Source: Perna viridis (taxonomy: Eukaryota). Taken from it: a stretch of DNA of 64,000 bases. The notes under the pieces were generated by a model. The model did no database searches, was not told where the DNA came from, and was given only the letters and a program-made list of their open reading frames with translations. This document shows positions 13,051 through 27,300 of this stretch, piece after piece; the stretch's first letter is position 1; every line of letters begins with the position of its first letter. The translations under genes and the position numbers were made by a program. The stretch spans positions 29,016,001 to 29,080,000 of the forward strand of contig CM074515.1 of NCBI GenBank assembly GCA_037379345.1. The letters run 5' to 3'.

Positions 13051-14089
13051 AAGGATGTTATCATAGGACAGCATAACTCCAGAAAGATTTTTCTTTTGTA
13101 ATTCTAACTAATTAATTAATAGTTTATATATTTAAAACACATTTTTGCTTGTTTACCCAAATATTGATGCATGCTAAGTCTGAAATAATGAAATAATACA
13201 GGTCATGATCAGTGTTATGCAAATATTATGTACAAAATGAACTTACAATTAATAATTACTTAAATAATAAATATCATTGAAAGGTTTAGATTTTAAATCT
13301 TGGAAACGTTTATAGCTTTTAAAAAAGTTACATAAAGATCATAAAGGGACAATTCAGATTTGCAACCACTTAGAGAATTGTGTGTAATGTAAGTAGCCAA
13401 GCCCATACATAAAGATCACATTAATTACCTTCTTTAGTAAATTAAAATGTCCACTCGAGTGCAACATCTGAGATAGACAGCTTTCAACATAGCGGACACC
13501 TGGTTGCACAGTGTGATGACAAATGGTCTGTTATTGTTTTTTTACCAATTATAACTATATTAACAGCGCGTGTTTGAATTAACTTAGATTGTTTGACTGA
13601 TTGGTTTTAAGTCAATATAACTGTTAACGTGAAAGGATTTTCTACGTGTTACTTTTGATTATTGGTATTGTTAGATGGACAACTGAGACTGATTCGTAAT
13701 GTTGCGGGTTAAGAGAGGAGGTATTACTTTGCTGATATATGTCAACATACACTCGAATGACTGATGTAATCCCGTTGTGAAGTACTCATTTTTTGTTTTG
13801 TTTTGATTAAGATAGTCATTTAGTTGACTCGATGAACGACTTTATAAGATGACAGGTGTCGTCTGCTCGTGTACATGTACTTCTATGTCTGATTTTTGCC
13901 TCTCATACGGTTGAATAGATTTGAAAGGTTATAACGTTTGTTTTTCGTTTTACGTTCATTCAACCGGACGTTTCTAAGTCGAGTTACCTCTCTTTCATTA
14001 ACAACAATATGAAATATGTAACTTTTATAATTGTATTTCTCCGTTACATGAACACTGGGGGTCGGAGACCCCACAATATCTTTACAATT

Positions 14090-15700
14090 CAATATCCATA
14101 CCGATAGCTTTGGTACGAGTCCTTCTTTTATGGACGTTTATCGAAGACGATTCGGTAATCTTTCCGTTTGCCTGCGGTCATAAATTGTTTCTTCCTTCGA
14201 ATTATTCTGTCATCTTCTACCGTTGCGCCTTATCAATTCACTACCATTTCTCTAAATAATTCATAGTAAATTAAAAGTGCGTTGTATCATTTAATGTAAA
14301 TCGACGCACTTTACAACAGGTCGTTGTTCCATCGTCTTGTGGTTTAGTTAATTAAAAGGCAGAAGGGCCGCACAGAACGAATTCTTTGATATTGTTTCCA
14401 GTGACTTCATTCGTCAGGTCAATTAAATAAAATCCTTAGGTCAGTTTCAATTCTCCTTCGGCCAACCATTCCATTCATGATTGATTTTTTTAAACGTATA
14501 CACATATCCGTAAATAGGCCTCGGCTTTGGTTTTAAGTTGGTATCATCAGTTTGTTGTTGATTTTGACAGGAAGCACTGGTATGTAAAGTATTCTGGGTG
14601 GCAGAATATTGCATTTGATTAATCCTTTGTAGTCTCGATGCCTTTAAAATTCTAAGTAATTATTATTGCGTGGCCTAGCGGTACTTTTCCAGTCTTGTTA
14701 ATGTAGGGGTAACATCATAGTAGTCGATCATATCTTCTTCTGGTGTTTTGTGCTATAATTTGAATGCTTCTGTTTGTTCCCCGGCAAATCGTTCATGATC
14801 ATATCGATTACGAATTCAATGTGTTTCTGACGTAACATGTAGTGCATCCAAGCCAAATGCATGTATGAAATTGGTAAACCGTTCCTACTGCATACCCATC
14901 CACTCTTTATGGTCCAACTTCTTGTTCTCCTCCATTATGTGCATTTGTATATGTATGCATTTTGATTCGGACACGTATTTGAGCCACTGCATGGCTTTGG
15001 TCGAATGTTTATATCCGTGGGCTGGTATTAGTCCAATAGTCTCTGGTTTAAGATATTTAGATCTGAGTACAAGGTAACAGGCCGAGGCAATAATGATACA
15101 TTCTTCGAATGGGTCTTTAGGTATGCCGCCATTGGCTTCAGTGGTGTACATGAATAGCTGACGGAAGGTTATACAGGCCTTTCGCACGATGACTAAGTCT
15201 GTGTTACAGTACTTTAAAATATCTTGTTGAAGTTACAGTACTTAAAAATATCTTCTTAAAATTCTAAGGCATCCTCTCTAAGTTCGTTGTACCATGTCTT
15301 AAAAGTGTCTCTTCCGGCTGGTTTCATGACGTCTGGGTTATAATAGCGTATGTCTGGTAAGATTTGTAGCTTGATATCTTTTTTGTTCCTTCCTATTGTT
15401 CAGATGAAGAAAATACAAAGTCCTGTGAATTCAAACATATTAAAAAGATTAAACAGAGTAGTTGGTAGAAAGTTCAGTGAATCGATCATCTTTATCTTAC
15501 ATCTAGGCACTTCTACCAACATGATCTTCCCACCATTTGGAAAAATCGTCGGTTTCACTCCATTTGTGAACAAGTATTGTAGTATTGGGACGGAATCATA
15601 TCTTTTAAAGTTATGACACAGCACGGAACCGGATACCGGAAAATAACCACGAACAAAATGCTGCAGTTGTTTCTTCTCCTTTAAATATGTCTAAAGCGCA
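14090..15700 (-). mobile_element. Polinton/Maverick protein-primed family-B DNA polymerase, decayed fragment
   Basis: CHNFKRYDSVPILQYL...GGKIM...IDSLNFLP (exonuclease region), KYCNTD..VRKACITFRQLF, IIASAC, SKYLKPETIGLIP, YYDV, GLIKCNILPP...PVLP, C-terminal IKEFVLCGP and CCKVRRFTLN. Confidence 0.85.
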
Positions 15701-16700
15701 GCTGCAATTAATTCCAAATGTCTGACTCCAAATATCTATTCATTATGATTATATATTTGCGGTCTAAGAAGAAAGTTAATGTTATTTTTTAATGTAACGT
15801 TATAAGTATAATTCAAGTGTGGGAACCCCTTTCTCTAATACCATGTGATGAACAGTGACTCCATTTTCAATTAGAAATATGATTACATATGATATGACTA
15901 CACTCGAGCTTAGAATAATGAAGAAATGAGTCAGATTTAAAACGTAGGAACAAAACCCTAATATCACAAAGTGAAAACAACCCATGCAGTTCACAGATTG
16001 GTATTTAAGAGTATCAACAATGATAAATCAGACAGACAGGTAACCGCGGTGACACATTACCAGTATATTGAACGCAATATATCTTAATATTGATGTGAGC
16101 AAAGTTCAATTGATCAGAGGTCAAAATAATGGCTCGACTGATAATAGTTGTAGGAAAGCGGTTCTTGTTATTTTTGCCAATGAAAACCAACACAGCGATC
16201 TGTGAAACGGAAGCAGAAAGATACAAATTATTATAAACATGTTTTCATCTAAGTAGAATGGTCTCGTCATCAGGAGGCAAATTAACGTTGCATTTTCAGA
16301 TCAAACCAAAATTATTCGATTTGCGATGGCATTGTCATCAGCTTAATATGTAAGCCAGTCAAACGCCGATGATGTAAATTTACTAGTTGCATAATAGAGA
16401 TTTCCACTAAATTGACGAATAAACGGATATACCGAAATAAAGATCATCTGTTTTGTTATGTGCTAATGACTTCAATTCACTGCTTCAATTTAAGTATAAA
16501 TAATGCTCGAACTAAGGTTTTACTGATTTCTATTTCTGAATTATTGTTCTTACATTTTATGATATTACAATTTTTTCTAGCCTTATGAAAATAAAACAAA
16601 TCTTATGTTTTCCTCACAGAAACAAATTTATCTATTTGTTGTTAACCTAAGATCGTCGTTGAATCGCCCCTTTTATTGTTCGAATTGCTATTTACTTAAT

Positions 16701-19620
16701 ATTCATTCATTCATTCATACCTTTATTTCCTCAAATACATGAGATATATAAACAGTTTATATATATAGCAAATAACAAAACATTATTATATGTAAAAATT
16801 GGAAAAGTATATCAAATATTTTACAATTATTTCATGAAACATTCATTTGGGGATATCTGTATTAGTACAATCTACGTTAACGTTATCACGAACAAGTCTA
16901 AATTGGCGGTTGTATTCTGCATTGTACAACATGAGCATGGCATAATTTAGTGAAGTTGATTGTGTCATCATCGCTGCTTTGTGTAGTGTTTGGTATTGTC
17001 CCAAGTAGAATAATAAAACGATTATACTGGGAGTACGAGTCAAGTTCTAGGTCGAAGTTTTCAATTATCAAGTCCCACCAGATTTGTCAGAAGACGTTGG
17101 TTGCAGAACATGTACAAGAAATATGGCAAAAAAGGTCTACGTATTGTCTATTACATATTAAACATATCAATGGTCAACCACTGGGAACGTCAGTCAATAA
17201 TTTTTTTATAAAGTATGACCTTTCTTATTTCATTTACTGTTTTTTTTTTGCGTTTTTCAAATATTTTGCAAATGTAACAGTATTATGTATTCGAGAAATT
17301 TAATAAAGTCACTATCGTTATTTATGCGAGTTGACCATTCGCTGGCTTGTACGTAGACACATTCTGTTTAATGATTTTTTTCTATTCTTGTTTTGAGGGG
17401 AAGTGTAATAAATTCAAGTAAATATTCATGTAAACTATATTTATGAAGTAAGGTTACTACATCAGGAACATATCCAAGATGTTTACGACTGGGGTCCATC
17501 AATATGAAAATTAATCGATTCAAGAAGATTGCTTTAGATAAATGTTTGTTGTCCAGCACAGCTTTTGAAGAAAGAATAATTTGCGTTTATCAATCAAACT
17601 TGTGATAGAATGGAAGCCTAGAATACTTTCGCACACATCCGAACGAGTATTAATTTTGAGTTTAAGAATGTTTTTGACTATCAGGTGTTCAAATCGGTTA
17701 AGAGAAACTAAGTCTTGCGCTTGGGGTTGGACCAAAGTTCACAACCATGCAATATAGATGGAAGGGTAACAGCGAAATATAATTTAACATTATAACAAGA
17801 ACACTCAGGTTAGTTGTATCCGAAGAAATTCCGTTTTATGCAAAAAACGACGAGTTCTTTCCTTTTTGACAGGCTTTAATAGTTCCTTTGTGAGTCTTTA
17901 AAGTAAGCATTTAAGATTATACCAAGATGGGTTACGTTGTCTGATATAGGAGTACACTCCTGCCCTATAGTCCAGTTAAAGTAGAATGTAGCCGACCTCG
18001 AGTTAAGCGTAAATATCACAATGTATGACTTCTGTGCGTTAAATGTAAATCGCCACATTCGTGAGAAAAAATAACAGACATCAAGCATACGTTGTAACAT
18101 AACGGGGGTTGTACCAATACAAGTAATATCATCAGCTAATGATGGGGCACAAGTTACAACATTATTTAACCCAGTATATGAGTTTACATTCCGAAGATCA
18201 TTTAGCAAATCATTTATAAAACTACATATAGTAAACTTAAAAGGACACCACCTTGTAGAACACCTTCATTGACAAGAAAAAAGTCAGACTCACATTGATT
18301 TACAATAATTGCACTACATGCATTATTATGAACTCCAGGGTTATCTATCAATTGCCATAATTTACCTTAAATACCTAATGTATATAATTTGACTAATAAC
18401 CCCTTTCGCCATACTGTGTCGAAGGCTTTTCGACTATCCATAAAAGCTACATACACTTAACTTGATATTTCGAAGTTAAAATACACAGTTCCTTGCAATT
18501 AAATGATGCAGTGAGACAACTGAGCCCTGTTTGATACCCCTGTTGTTGAGGGTTGGGAAAGGTAATGTTTTCTGAAACTATATCTTGAATTCGAGAGTAT
18601 AATGCACGTTCAAATATTTTAAGAGTACAGGAAAGACGGCTTATAGGCCTGTAGCTATCCGGTAAGTATTTCGGTTTGTTGTTGCCTTTATACAGTGGAA
18701 CAATCAGTCCATGCTTCCAAGCTGTAGGTAGTTCAGCGGTTTCAACAATATTATTGAAAAAAAAAACAGGTTATAAATTTAATAATAGTTTTACTACCAT
18801 ACAAAATATCTTTGTGTTCAATTCGATCAATACCACTTGCTTTTCTACGTTTAAGATTTTTAGCTATGTTGGCTATCTGTGCTAGAACCACATGGAAGAG
18901 TGTCACCACGCACTAGAGATGTTTGAATGTTTTCATAAGTCTCTTCTAGCCTACGTTTGTTTTCAGCGTCAAAGTTCTCATTTTCACTTTCGCTATACAA
19001 GTCTGTAAAATATTCCTTGAAAGCTTCAGCAACTGTTTTCGGAGTATAACCAAGTTTGTCATTGAACACTATTTCAAAGTAAATTCGTTTCGATGTAGGC
19101 TTTGAACGTTTCATTAACTTCCAAAGCAGACGAATATCAGTCTGCTGCTTCATTTATAGCATCTTATGATTTTAGCAAAAACTTTTCGGATGCATATCGC
19201 TGAACGTTTTGGAAATTGTTTTTAGCATTTTTGTAATTTTGTAGGATTCGTGAAGCATTCCTCTTGGTCTGCCTTCATGCTACCAGATTCGACGCATTTC
19301 CCTTACATGTTTGTGAGCAGCTTTGACTTCAGCGCTCCAGTAGAGCTTACGTTTCGGGTTAAATCCATATTTGGGTATAGACTTGTCACTAGATAAATGT
19401 ACAATTGTAACAAAGTGATAATAGATTTTATCAACAGTTTCAACGTTAGTCTCGGTACTGTCAATTAATGGTTCTAAGTTATCGCTTAAATGTTTATTGT
19501 ATTGCGAAAGTAGAAGTAGAAACATAGCGCGGATTACAGTTTAAACAAAAACAGCCGATACGGGTAGATGCTCTAATGTACTGCTAATCGATTTTTTTTA
19601 TTTTTTTTACAACTTTCATG
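16701..19620 (-). mobile_element. Non-LTR retrotransposon (LINE; RTE-X/CR1-L2-like), 5'-truncated, decayed ORF2
   Basis: STLEHLPV (cf. SDHLPV, end of the APE domain) at ~19570; YRPI.., AFMDSRKAFDTVWRKGL, GVLQGG, SLADDITC, WRFTFNAQKS, HLGI; the 3' end has AATAAA followed by a (TGAA)4 tail at 16701-16718. Confidence 0.85.
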
Positions 19621-19622
19621 TA

Positions 19623-21323
19623 CAGTTGCGATCACTTCTAACCTCTTTTCAATCATGTCAGGATTCGCTGTCATAGAACAGTTTTAAACTGGCAGAAACT
19701 GTTCTGACCCGCGACACACCTTGTCAGGGTCTGTTAGGTCTTTGGACTAGCTCTGTCATAATCTGTCATGGGTCCTGACACCCTCCTGTCAGAAACTGTT
19801 TAGGTAGAACAGATGCGTAGTTCCTGTCAGAGTCTGACAGTTATTAGCTCGAGAATACTTCTCTGAGTGAATTTCATACTGTACATATACGTGATTCCGA
19901 AAAAAAGGCGTAGCACCCGAATCCCGATTCGTACGACGGGAAGGAAGCCTCGCTATGTTTATATATATATTTTTTTTTTATTATTTTTTTACCTGACTTT
20001 TATGTATGGCGTACAGTACCAACAAAAATGTTCCCTGCCGTACCTGCGACGCCCCTGACTTCAAAGAATTTGTACTTAAATCTTTTGGTTGCAGATCTAG
20101 ACACCGGTATGATACAGGGTACATGTACCTATATATATTGACAATTTTATACAGTTTATACATAAATATTAGACCTTTATGAAACTTCAAAGTGTTCTCA
20201 CTCATACACTTTGAAAGAATATGACACTTTTGAAGAATTTTGACTGATGTATATATACGTTATTGAAGAATTGTGACTGAAATATATAAGTGGCAGTCAC
20301 TCACATGGTAGTTACATTAAAGAAAATTAGCATTTGAGTCAATAATTTTAGACTCATGGAAATCAAACGTGCTTTTTGTCATTAATTACATTTTGCAAGA
20401 ATATGACATTTTTAAAGAGTTATTTAATGAATAAAATGCTAATTTTTCAATATAACTATCAATTGGTGGCTTCAACACATTATTTTATTGAAAAAATTAG
20501 CATTTTATTCATTAATTTTAGAACCGAAATATTTAGGTATCAGTCACCCATTTAATGCTAAAATTGTCCATTTTAACATTTGTAGAATGATTTTTGACCC
20601 TTATGTCATTAAGAATAGCTTTCACTAAAATTGTACTTAGTCATTTATGGATTTCGTGAGAATTAGCAAACATCTGAAAGTTATCGGTTACTACTTTTAA
20701 ACTTATATTACAACAGAAACATAGACCTTTGATTTCATAATTAAATAATTTAATCTAATTAATATCGCTGGTGTACGCACGTATGTATGACAGAATGTGA
20801 AAAAAAAATATACATGTAAACAATGATAATTTTTGAACGATGGGTGATTGGACCGTTATTGACGGAAATTGGAACATGAACAACGATCGAGTGATTGTGG
20901 GATGATGATCACGACGAGCTTTTTATATATAAATGTACACTGTAATTAGAAATGCAATGTAAATTTTGAAATCTAGATTTTTTTCTTAATCGGATTTGCT
21001 AATTTACATTAGCCACACAGTTTCGTTTATTAATCGCGGACTTCCTGTTCTAAATTACGTCACACAGAATAGAAAATTTAGGGTCACGAAGTGTCCAGGG
21101 CTATGACAGTTTAGAACAGCTTTTCGGATTTTCTTTGTCATGATCCAGGACAGTTTCTGTCTGGATCTGTTAGGGAATAGGGCAAAATGTGTCCTGACCT
21201 AGAACAGCCTCTGTCAGACCCTGTCAGGATCTTTCAGGATTTCTGTTCTATCTGCTGTCGTAGAAACAGAAATTCTGACAGATTCTGACAGAATTTAAGA
21301 GAGGTTAGAATTGATCGCAACTG
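19623..21323 (+). mobile_element. Non-autonomous TIR DNA transposon (TA target; Tc1/mariner-like ends) with internal ~145-bp satellite
   Basis: Left TIR CAGTTGCGATCACTTCTAACCTCT preceded by TA; right end AGAGGTTAGAATTGATCGCAACTG (23/24 match); CTGACAG/CTGTCAG subterminal repeats at both ends; satellite at ~20150-20600. Confidence 0.85.
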
Positions 21324-24268
21324 CATCTGCTGAGGTCCCTCCAGATAGTATTGAATATTGTGTTATGTAAATATTTTGTACTGATATTTTACTTAGTTTA
21401 AATGTAGTAATTATAACAGATTAATTGACTTCATGTGTTTGCGTTTGCAAAGATGTTAAAGGTTTTGACTGCATACACTCACCAACTTGTTAATATGTAA
21501 GATACAAACGTACATCAATACAAGATGTACATAAACATGTATTTGCTACATGTAGTGTTTTAAATTCCTGATACAGAGATCTTGTTGCACACAAGCAAAA
21601 ATAATGAAAAAGATGTGACAGAAGTTTGATATGTGTTGAACTGGCATAAATGGGCACCTTAGGAAGTGTTCCTCTGCAAAGTATGAATTTGGTTTCTCAG
21701 TATGATGTAATGCATACAGAAAAATTGAATGCTTTTTTTATGGTTAAGAGTGCATTTGGGAAGGTGTGTATCATGTTCCTGAGAGTATATAAATTCAATT
21801 TCTGCTGTCACATTTACATGACCTGTATGTACTGACAATCGTTGTTTTGATTTCTGTACTTCCGATATAGCGAGTAGCTCAAAACGCCTCTACAAACAAC
21901 AGCAACAGATAACTAGATATATTAAGCAATGATCTCCATCGGAAAGTAAAAGTGTCACGTTGGCTTTTTAAAGAAAAGTTCGCCAAGTACAACTGTGTTA
22001 CTACAAAATGCGTCCGACAATGCTACATGTATCTTTATAATCAATCAAGCAATAATTAAATCCATAAAATCCATAAAGCAGTAAAAATTGGACCAATTTG
22101 GTTAATTAAGCCAAAACGCTAACAGTCTCATACATCTGAGGAACAACACAGTTCATGGTGTGACGGATGCGAATTCACCCCTTATTAAAATATCTTATAT
22201 ACTTCATAGTATCTACTAATTACATTCCATAATAATTTTTAAAAATCCTCAAATGCCGCATTATTCATTCCTATAATCCTATGAATATTCAATAGCTAAA
22301 TTAAACAAGTGTCAAATAACTCGAATATAAGTAATGTACTACATCTTATAAATCAACCATAAATTCTTTCAGACAGCCTAGTTTCTCAGATAGCTTTGCA
22401 GTAACTTTTCTATATTTTCTATCAATTGTTTTTTATTTTGCAAAAACGCTTGAAATTAAATGTTTCAATTGATCTGTAGAAAAAAAATAGAGATGAAAAG
22501 TGTCCTGGTGTTATAACGAATGATAATAACATCCTTGCACGCAAGTATATATTGCTGTAAACTATAGTCATATATTATAAGTATAGCTACTTACAATGAC
22601 GTTCGAAACATAGAATGATACTGATTTGTATGTCAATAGTTTCATTTTTGCACTTGCCTTGCAAAAGCTTGTTGCAACGGAGGTAAACAAAAATGTTTCC
22701 GAAATCACAATCTTCTTTGCCCGTTACTGTTTTGATTGCCTAAAGTTATTGGTCAAATACTGGCACTATGTAAACACTGTTTACTGTTCAATTATAAATT
22801 CGAGTGACACAAAAATTTATAAAAAGAGTCAAGACGCACAAATAACTCTAAAAAAGCAACAAAAAGGAAGAATCATGGCCACAAGAAACAGTGTAGAAAG
22901 GATGTATATGTAATAATATGTAGTAAGTTTTGCTTTTATAAGCACGCACCGCGAGTTTCAACATTCTTGAATTCTCAATTTGACTTTTACTACCAGCCTT
23001 AGATAGATTTATGTCCATGTTTTGTTTTAGCGGGCCTGATTCAAAATTTGTACCAAAACCGGAAATATTACATTTTTACACAGATGTTGAGAATAATTTA
23101 CATATAACTTGTGGCATAAACAAATACACAACTGACAGCTTTGCATAAATACATACATATATACCTAAATGATTGCCTTTTTTATTTAAAAAAGAAACAT
23201 GCTTCTATTTGAATACATTCTGAGCTATATTTATCAGACAGGAACAGCCAGACGAACAACAGAAAAAGATGCGACAGTGCATCCTACTTTTCCCGAACGT
23301 TTTACTGTTCCGAAACAGGGTATATACTGTAATCCTTCGAACATATGAACATTACTTCTTTCAGACTAAAACAAAACTATTATTTATAATTTAAAGCCTT
23401 TAGTACAGAATTTGTACATCGTCTTTTTTGAAGATGATAAAATACATGTATGAATGAAGTATGCTAGATGATTATTGTGGTGATTGTGGCTGGAGATGCA
23501 AAAGAACTCTCTGTATTCTCTTATCAATGTGAAACATACCTTCCCAAAAAATATTACAGAAACCAAATGAGAATCAATACGAGATCTAATCAAATACAAG
23601 TAAAACGAGAATTTTTTCTGGTCACGATTATTTGTCTTTAAAGTAAATATTGGCTGAAATCTCTGGTGACTTCGTCCAAGATCCCCTATGTACACAAAAT
23701 CCTCCTCTGCATGGCATTTAAAAAAACGTGATAAGGTCGTTAAATTTATGAACACATTTCGAACTAAATTGTACAGATTGGCTAACCGTAAAAATAGTTT
23801 CAATCTAACTTTCAATAACTATTTAAATATCAAACTACATGTATCAGCTTCATGGCTATGAAGGAAATAAAAATCAAATGTTTCCTGGTGTTTTAAAGGC
23901 GTTTTCCTGAATATTATATTCAAGTATATAACACTTTTCGACATAGTCATAATCATATGCAAATTGAACGTAGTTTGACCACAATTTGACTTTCAAGAGG
24001 TAAATGAACATGTAAGATTTCGCAGATGACATTTTCGTTTTGTTTGCTTTATCTGGCGTTTAAATCAGGAAATTAACGTAATCAATCAAAATATTATAAT
24101 TGTTTAGGTAGAAAAAGTTCACGGCGATGTGATTTTTTAGTTTGTAAATGTTTAGGAAAATAATTAGTTATCTTACAGGTACAATGATGACTTACTATAG
24201 GTATTTCATAACTTAATGACAGAAAAAGGAACATCTACAGGAACTGCTGACAACATTATTTGAAAACT

Positions 24269-24308
24269 ATGCTGGTGAATATACTATGCGAAATGCTACT
24301 TTTGCTAG
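24269..24308 (+). CDS. Ig receptor coding exon 1 (signal peptide); exon starts at 24179 in the 5' UTR
   Basis: Acceptor tcttacAG at 24177-78, donor GTAAGT at 24309; homologous exon at 58880-59015. Confidence 0.7.
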
Positions 24309-27300
24309 GTAAGTTTGTCAAATTAATTTAAAGGTAAAACACAGGAAGATTGAGATATAGAATGCTATCTTAATACACGTCTTTAACCCTTTAAATTAGC
24401 CAATTGGCTATTTGGGACTCTGGTCAAAATAAGCAAGTCATTTAAGATATTTGTTGTTTTGCTCCCACTTAACATATAGCTATAGCATGTATCAAAACAC
24501 GAATGTATTTATAAACAACAAACAAGTGTACAATACAACACAACAAATACACATATAAACGATACAAATATATGAAAAAAAATAGTGCATATTTTAAAAG
24601 CCGGATTATGTAGCTGTAGAAAAATTGAAATGTCTGTATAATTCAACATGACACAACATTAACATTTCTTCCAGTGTGCATGCTTTAAGGTTGTCTGGAA
24701 CATATCAATCCATAATTATATTTTTGTAACAGGTGTAATCAAGGTAGTTGAAGTTAAACCTGTAAAAGGGTGCATACAATATGTCAACATCGGTGAGACA
24801 GTCGTATTGGAGTGTCATAGCTTGCATTCCAATCTTAAAAAACCAATATGGCGAAAAGGAAAGTTAGCGATTTCCAATGGGTCAAAATTAAATCCTAAAC
24901 TTGTCAACAAATCCAAATACAGCATTGTTGGTGAACACGAGAACGACGAGTACTTTTTGAAAGTACATGATATAACAGTAGATGATCTACAAAATTATTT
25001 TTGTGATACATCAACAGAAAATGGTGCCATTGAAAAAAGTATAACCCTATTATTGAGCCGAAGAACAGTCAACCGTGAGTAAATTTTGTTTGACTTAGTT
25101 GTCTATTAATGACGTATGGTCTGGTCACCAAAAAGGGATTTCAGTGAGTTCTGCTATAAGTTATCTGTGCGTCCTATTGGATTGGTCTTTTAGCTAACAC
25201 AATCCATACTATAACCTTTGACTTCGTTATATGTACTTTTGTACATCATAATTGTAAATGATTTTTCGCAAACAAGCAAGTGATTATACCCTTAAGTGAA
25301 AACAAACAAACAACGGAATGTTTTTGTAGCTAACTTGTTATAAAGTTCATGTTATCCCGTGATTTATTCACTGAAGAAACTGCAAATATATATTATGATT
25401 GGCTGAGAGTAAACAGATTTATATTACTTCTAAATTAATATCAATGAAAGAATGTTCCGACTCAATAAATAAATAGATAAGTCAAAAGGGGGCAGTGTGG
25501 ACTTAAAGCCAATGTCCTAATCAACTTGTAAATGAGAAATGATGGAACTCTTAAGCATTCCATGTTTGTTTTTCTTGTTAATGAGACAAATTCTAAGAAA
25601 AAATATTTTAGTGTTCAGACATGTCCTTGTGCTCTTTTTCTCAAAATATGTAGTATCCATCACATAAGAAAAGAGTCCAAATGTGCAACATTATCTTGGT
25701 CATTTCTTATTTTAAATAGATACATATATTAAAATATAAAACAATACAGTACTTACCTTAGTTATTTGAACGAATATGTTTATTCTTCCCAACAGAAAGA
25801 TTCCGGCTGAAAATTATAAATTGTTGATTTCACGTAGGAAAAATGAACACGGTGTTGCGTGTAGAGGTATTCGTTATGTACTTTTTTCATTGTCATACGC
25901 CAGAAGAAGTGTTTGGTTCATTTAAAAAAGAATTAAATGATAATTCATTATTATTCGTTAAAATCAACATGAAACGATGAAGATACCTGCAGTCTTTTCC
26001 ACCAAAAATGTAAAGTGTGAAATAAGTCGTAAGTGATGATAGAACAAAGTGTTGTCTACGACAAATTTTACAATTACGATTTTTTTGTGAAATCGTCCAC
26101 TGGCTCTTAAATATCTAGACATATATATTCCCACATCATATACATTTATATTTAAATAGTGAGTAGATAAAGATAAGCTGTAATATCACAACTGCGTTAA
26201 ATTGATATAAGAAGACATATTGTATAAAAGCTGCTGCTTTTACAACTTACGAAATTGGAAAACTAAAAAAAGGACATATCGAGACTACATCATGGTTTTC
26301 CCCATAGGAATGAATCGTTGTAAGTAAGAACCGAATAAATGATTATAAAACATGATGAATCGGCTTAAAACGACAATTCCACTAACGAAGGGAAAACATA
26401 TTGATGGAAGTTAAAGATGGTTTTTGAAGTATTTTAATGACAAAAGTTTTCAGCGACAATTCGTACCCATGTTTAGCTATATACAATCATCTCCTGCATA
26501 TTGACTATACAGTTCACAGTTATTCCGTAATTGTGATGCATGTATTGTACACTATGTTTTTAAGTACATTTTATGTCAAGAATACAGTTGACTTAGTTGT
26601 CTATTAATGACGTTTGGTCTGGTCATACAGAATATAGTCGAATTTTCTTTTAAGCTTTTGTTGCTATCAATTATCACTTTAGAAGTGTTACTGTATTTAT
26701 CACAATTTGACAGATATGCAAATTTGCATTCAATTGCAACGGTCCTGCTGATGGACCAGAAAATGCTATTTCGCCCGAAAGCACATGATATCTATCCAGG
26801 TTTTTCAGCTTTGTGATGGTATAAACTTCCCATGTTACACCATATATCATCCCAATGCCTCATTGACCCAATCCCATTTCCATTGAAAATTCCCTTTCAT
26901 TGTAAAAATTTTCCATTCCCCCATTGAATCGCCATTGCATATTTCTAATCAAATATTTACATTATCAAAATAAAGTTATATTTAGGAATTACTGAACATT
27001 AAAATTGATATTTTGAATTTTGGAATGGGTAACCCCTGGCGTGTAACATGTCGGGGATGTCAGGCTATAATACTAAAACCTGACAGCAAACCATAGTTGG
27101 GCAACGCGTTTGGAAAGATGCCACATTCCTCGCATGTTAAAGAACCCTACTGTAATATACGATAGGATTTGGGTTCTTTGCGCTCCGCTACAAGAGACTA
27201 GATTGCCCCACCTTACCCATCCCTCCCTTTTTATAGTGGCAATCAGAATTTGTTGACCCAATTATTCTTGTGTCCCATCCTCTGTTTCATTTCATCATCA

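Noticed and set aside
23384-23815. 143-aa minus-strand ORF
   Set aside because: Non-ATG start, no recognisable motif, and it lies in the receptor's upstream/5' intron region; likely a chance ORF.
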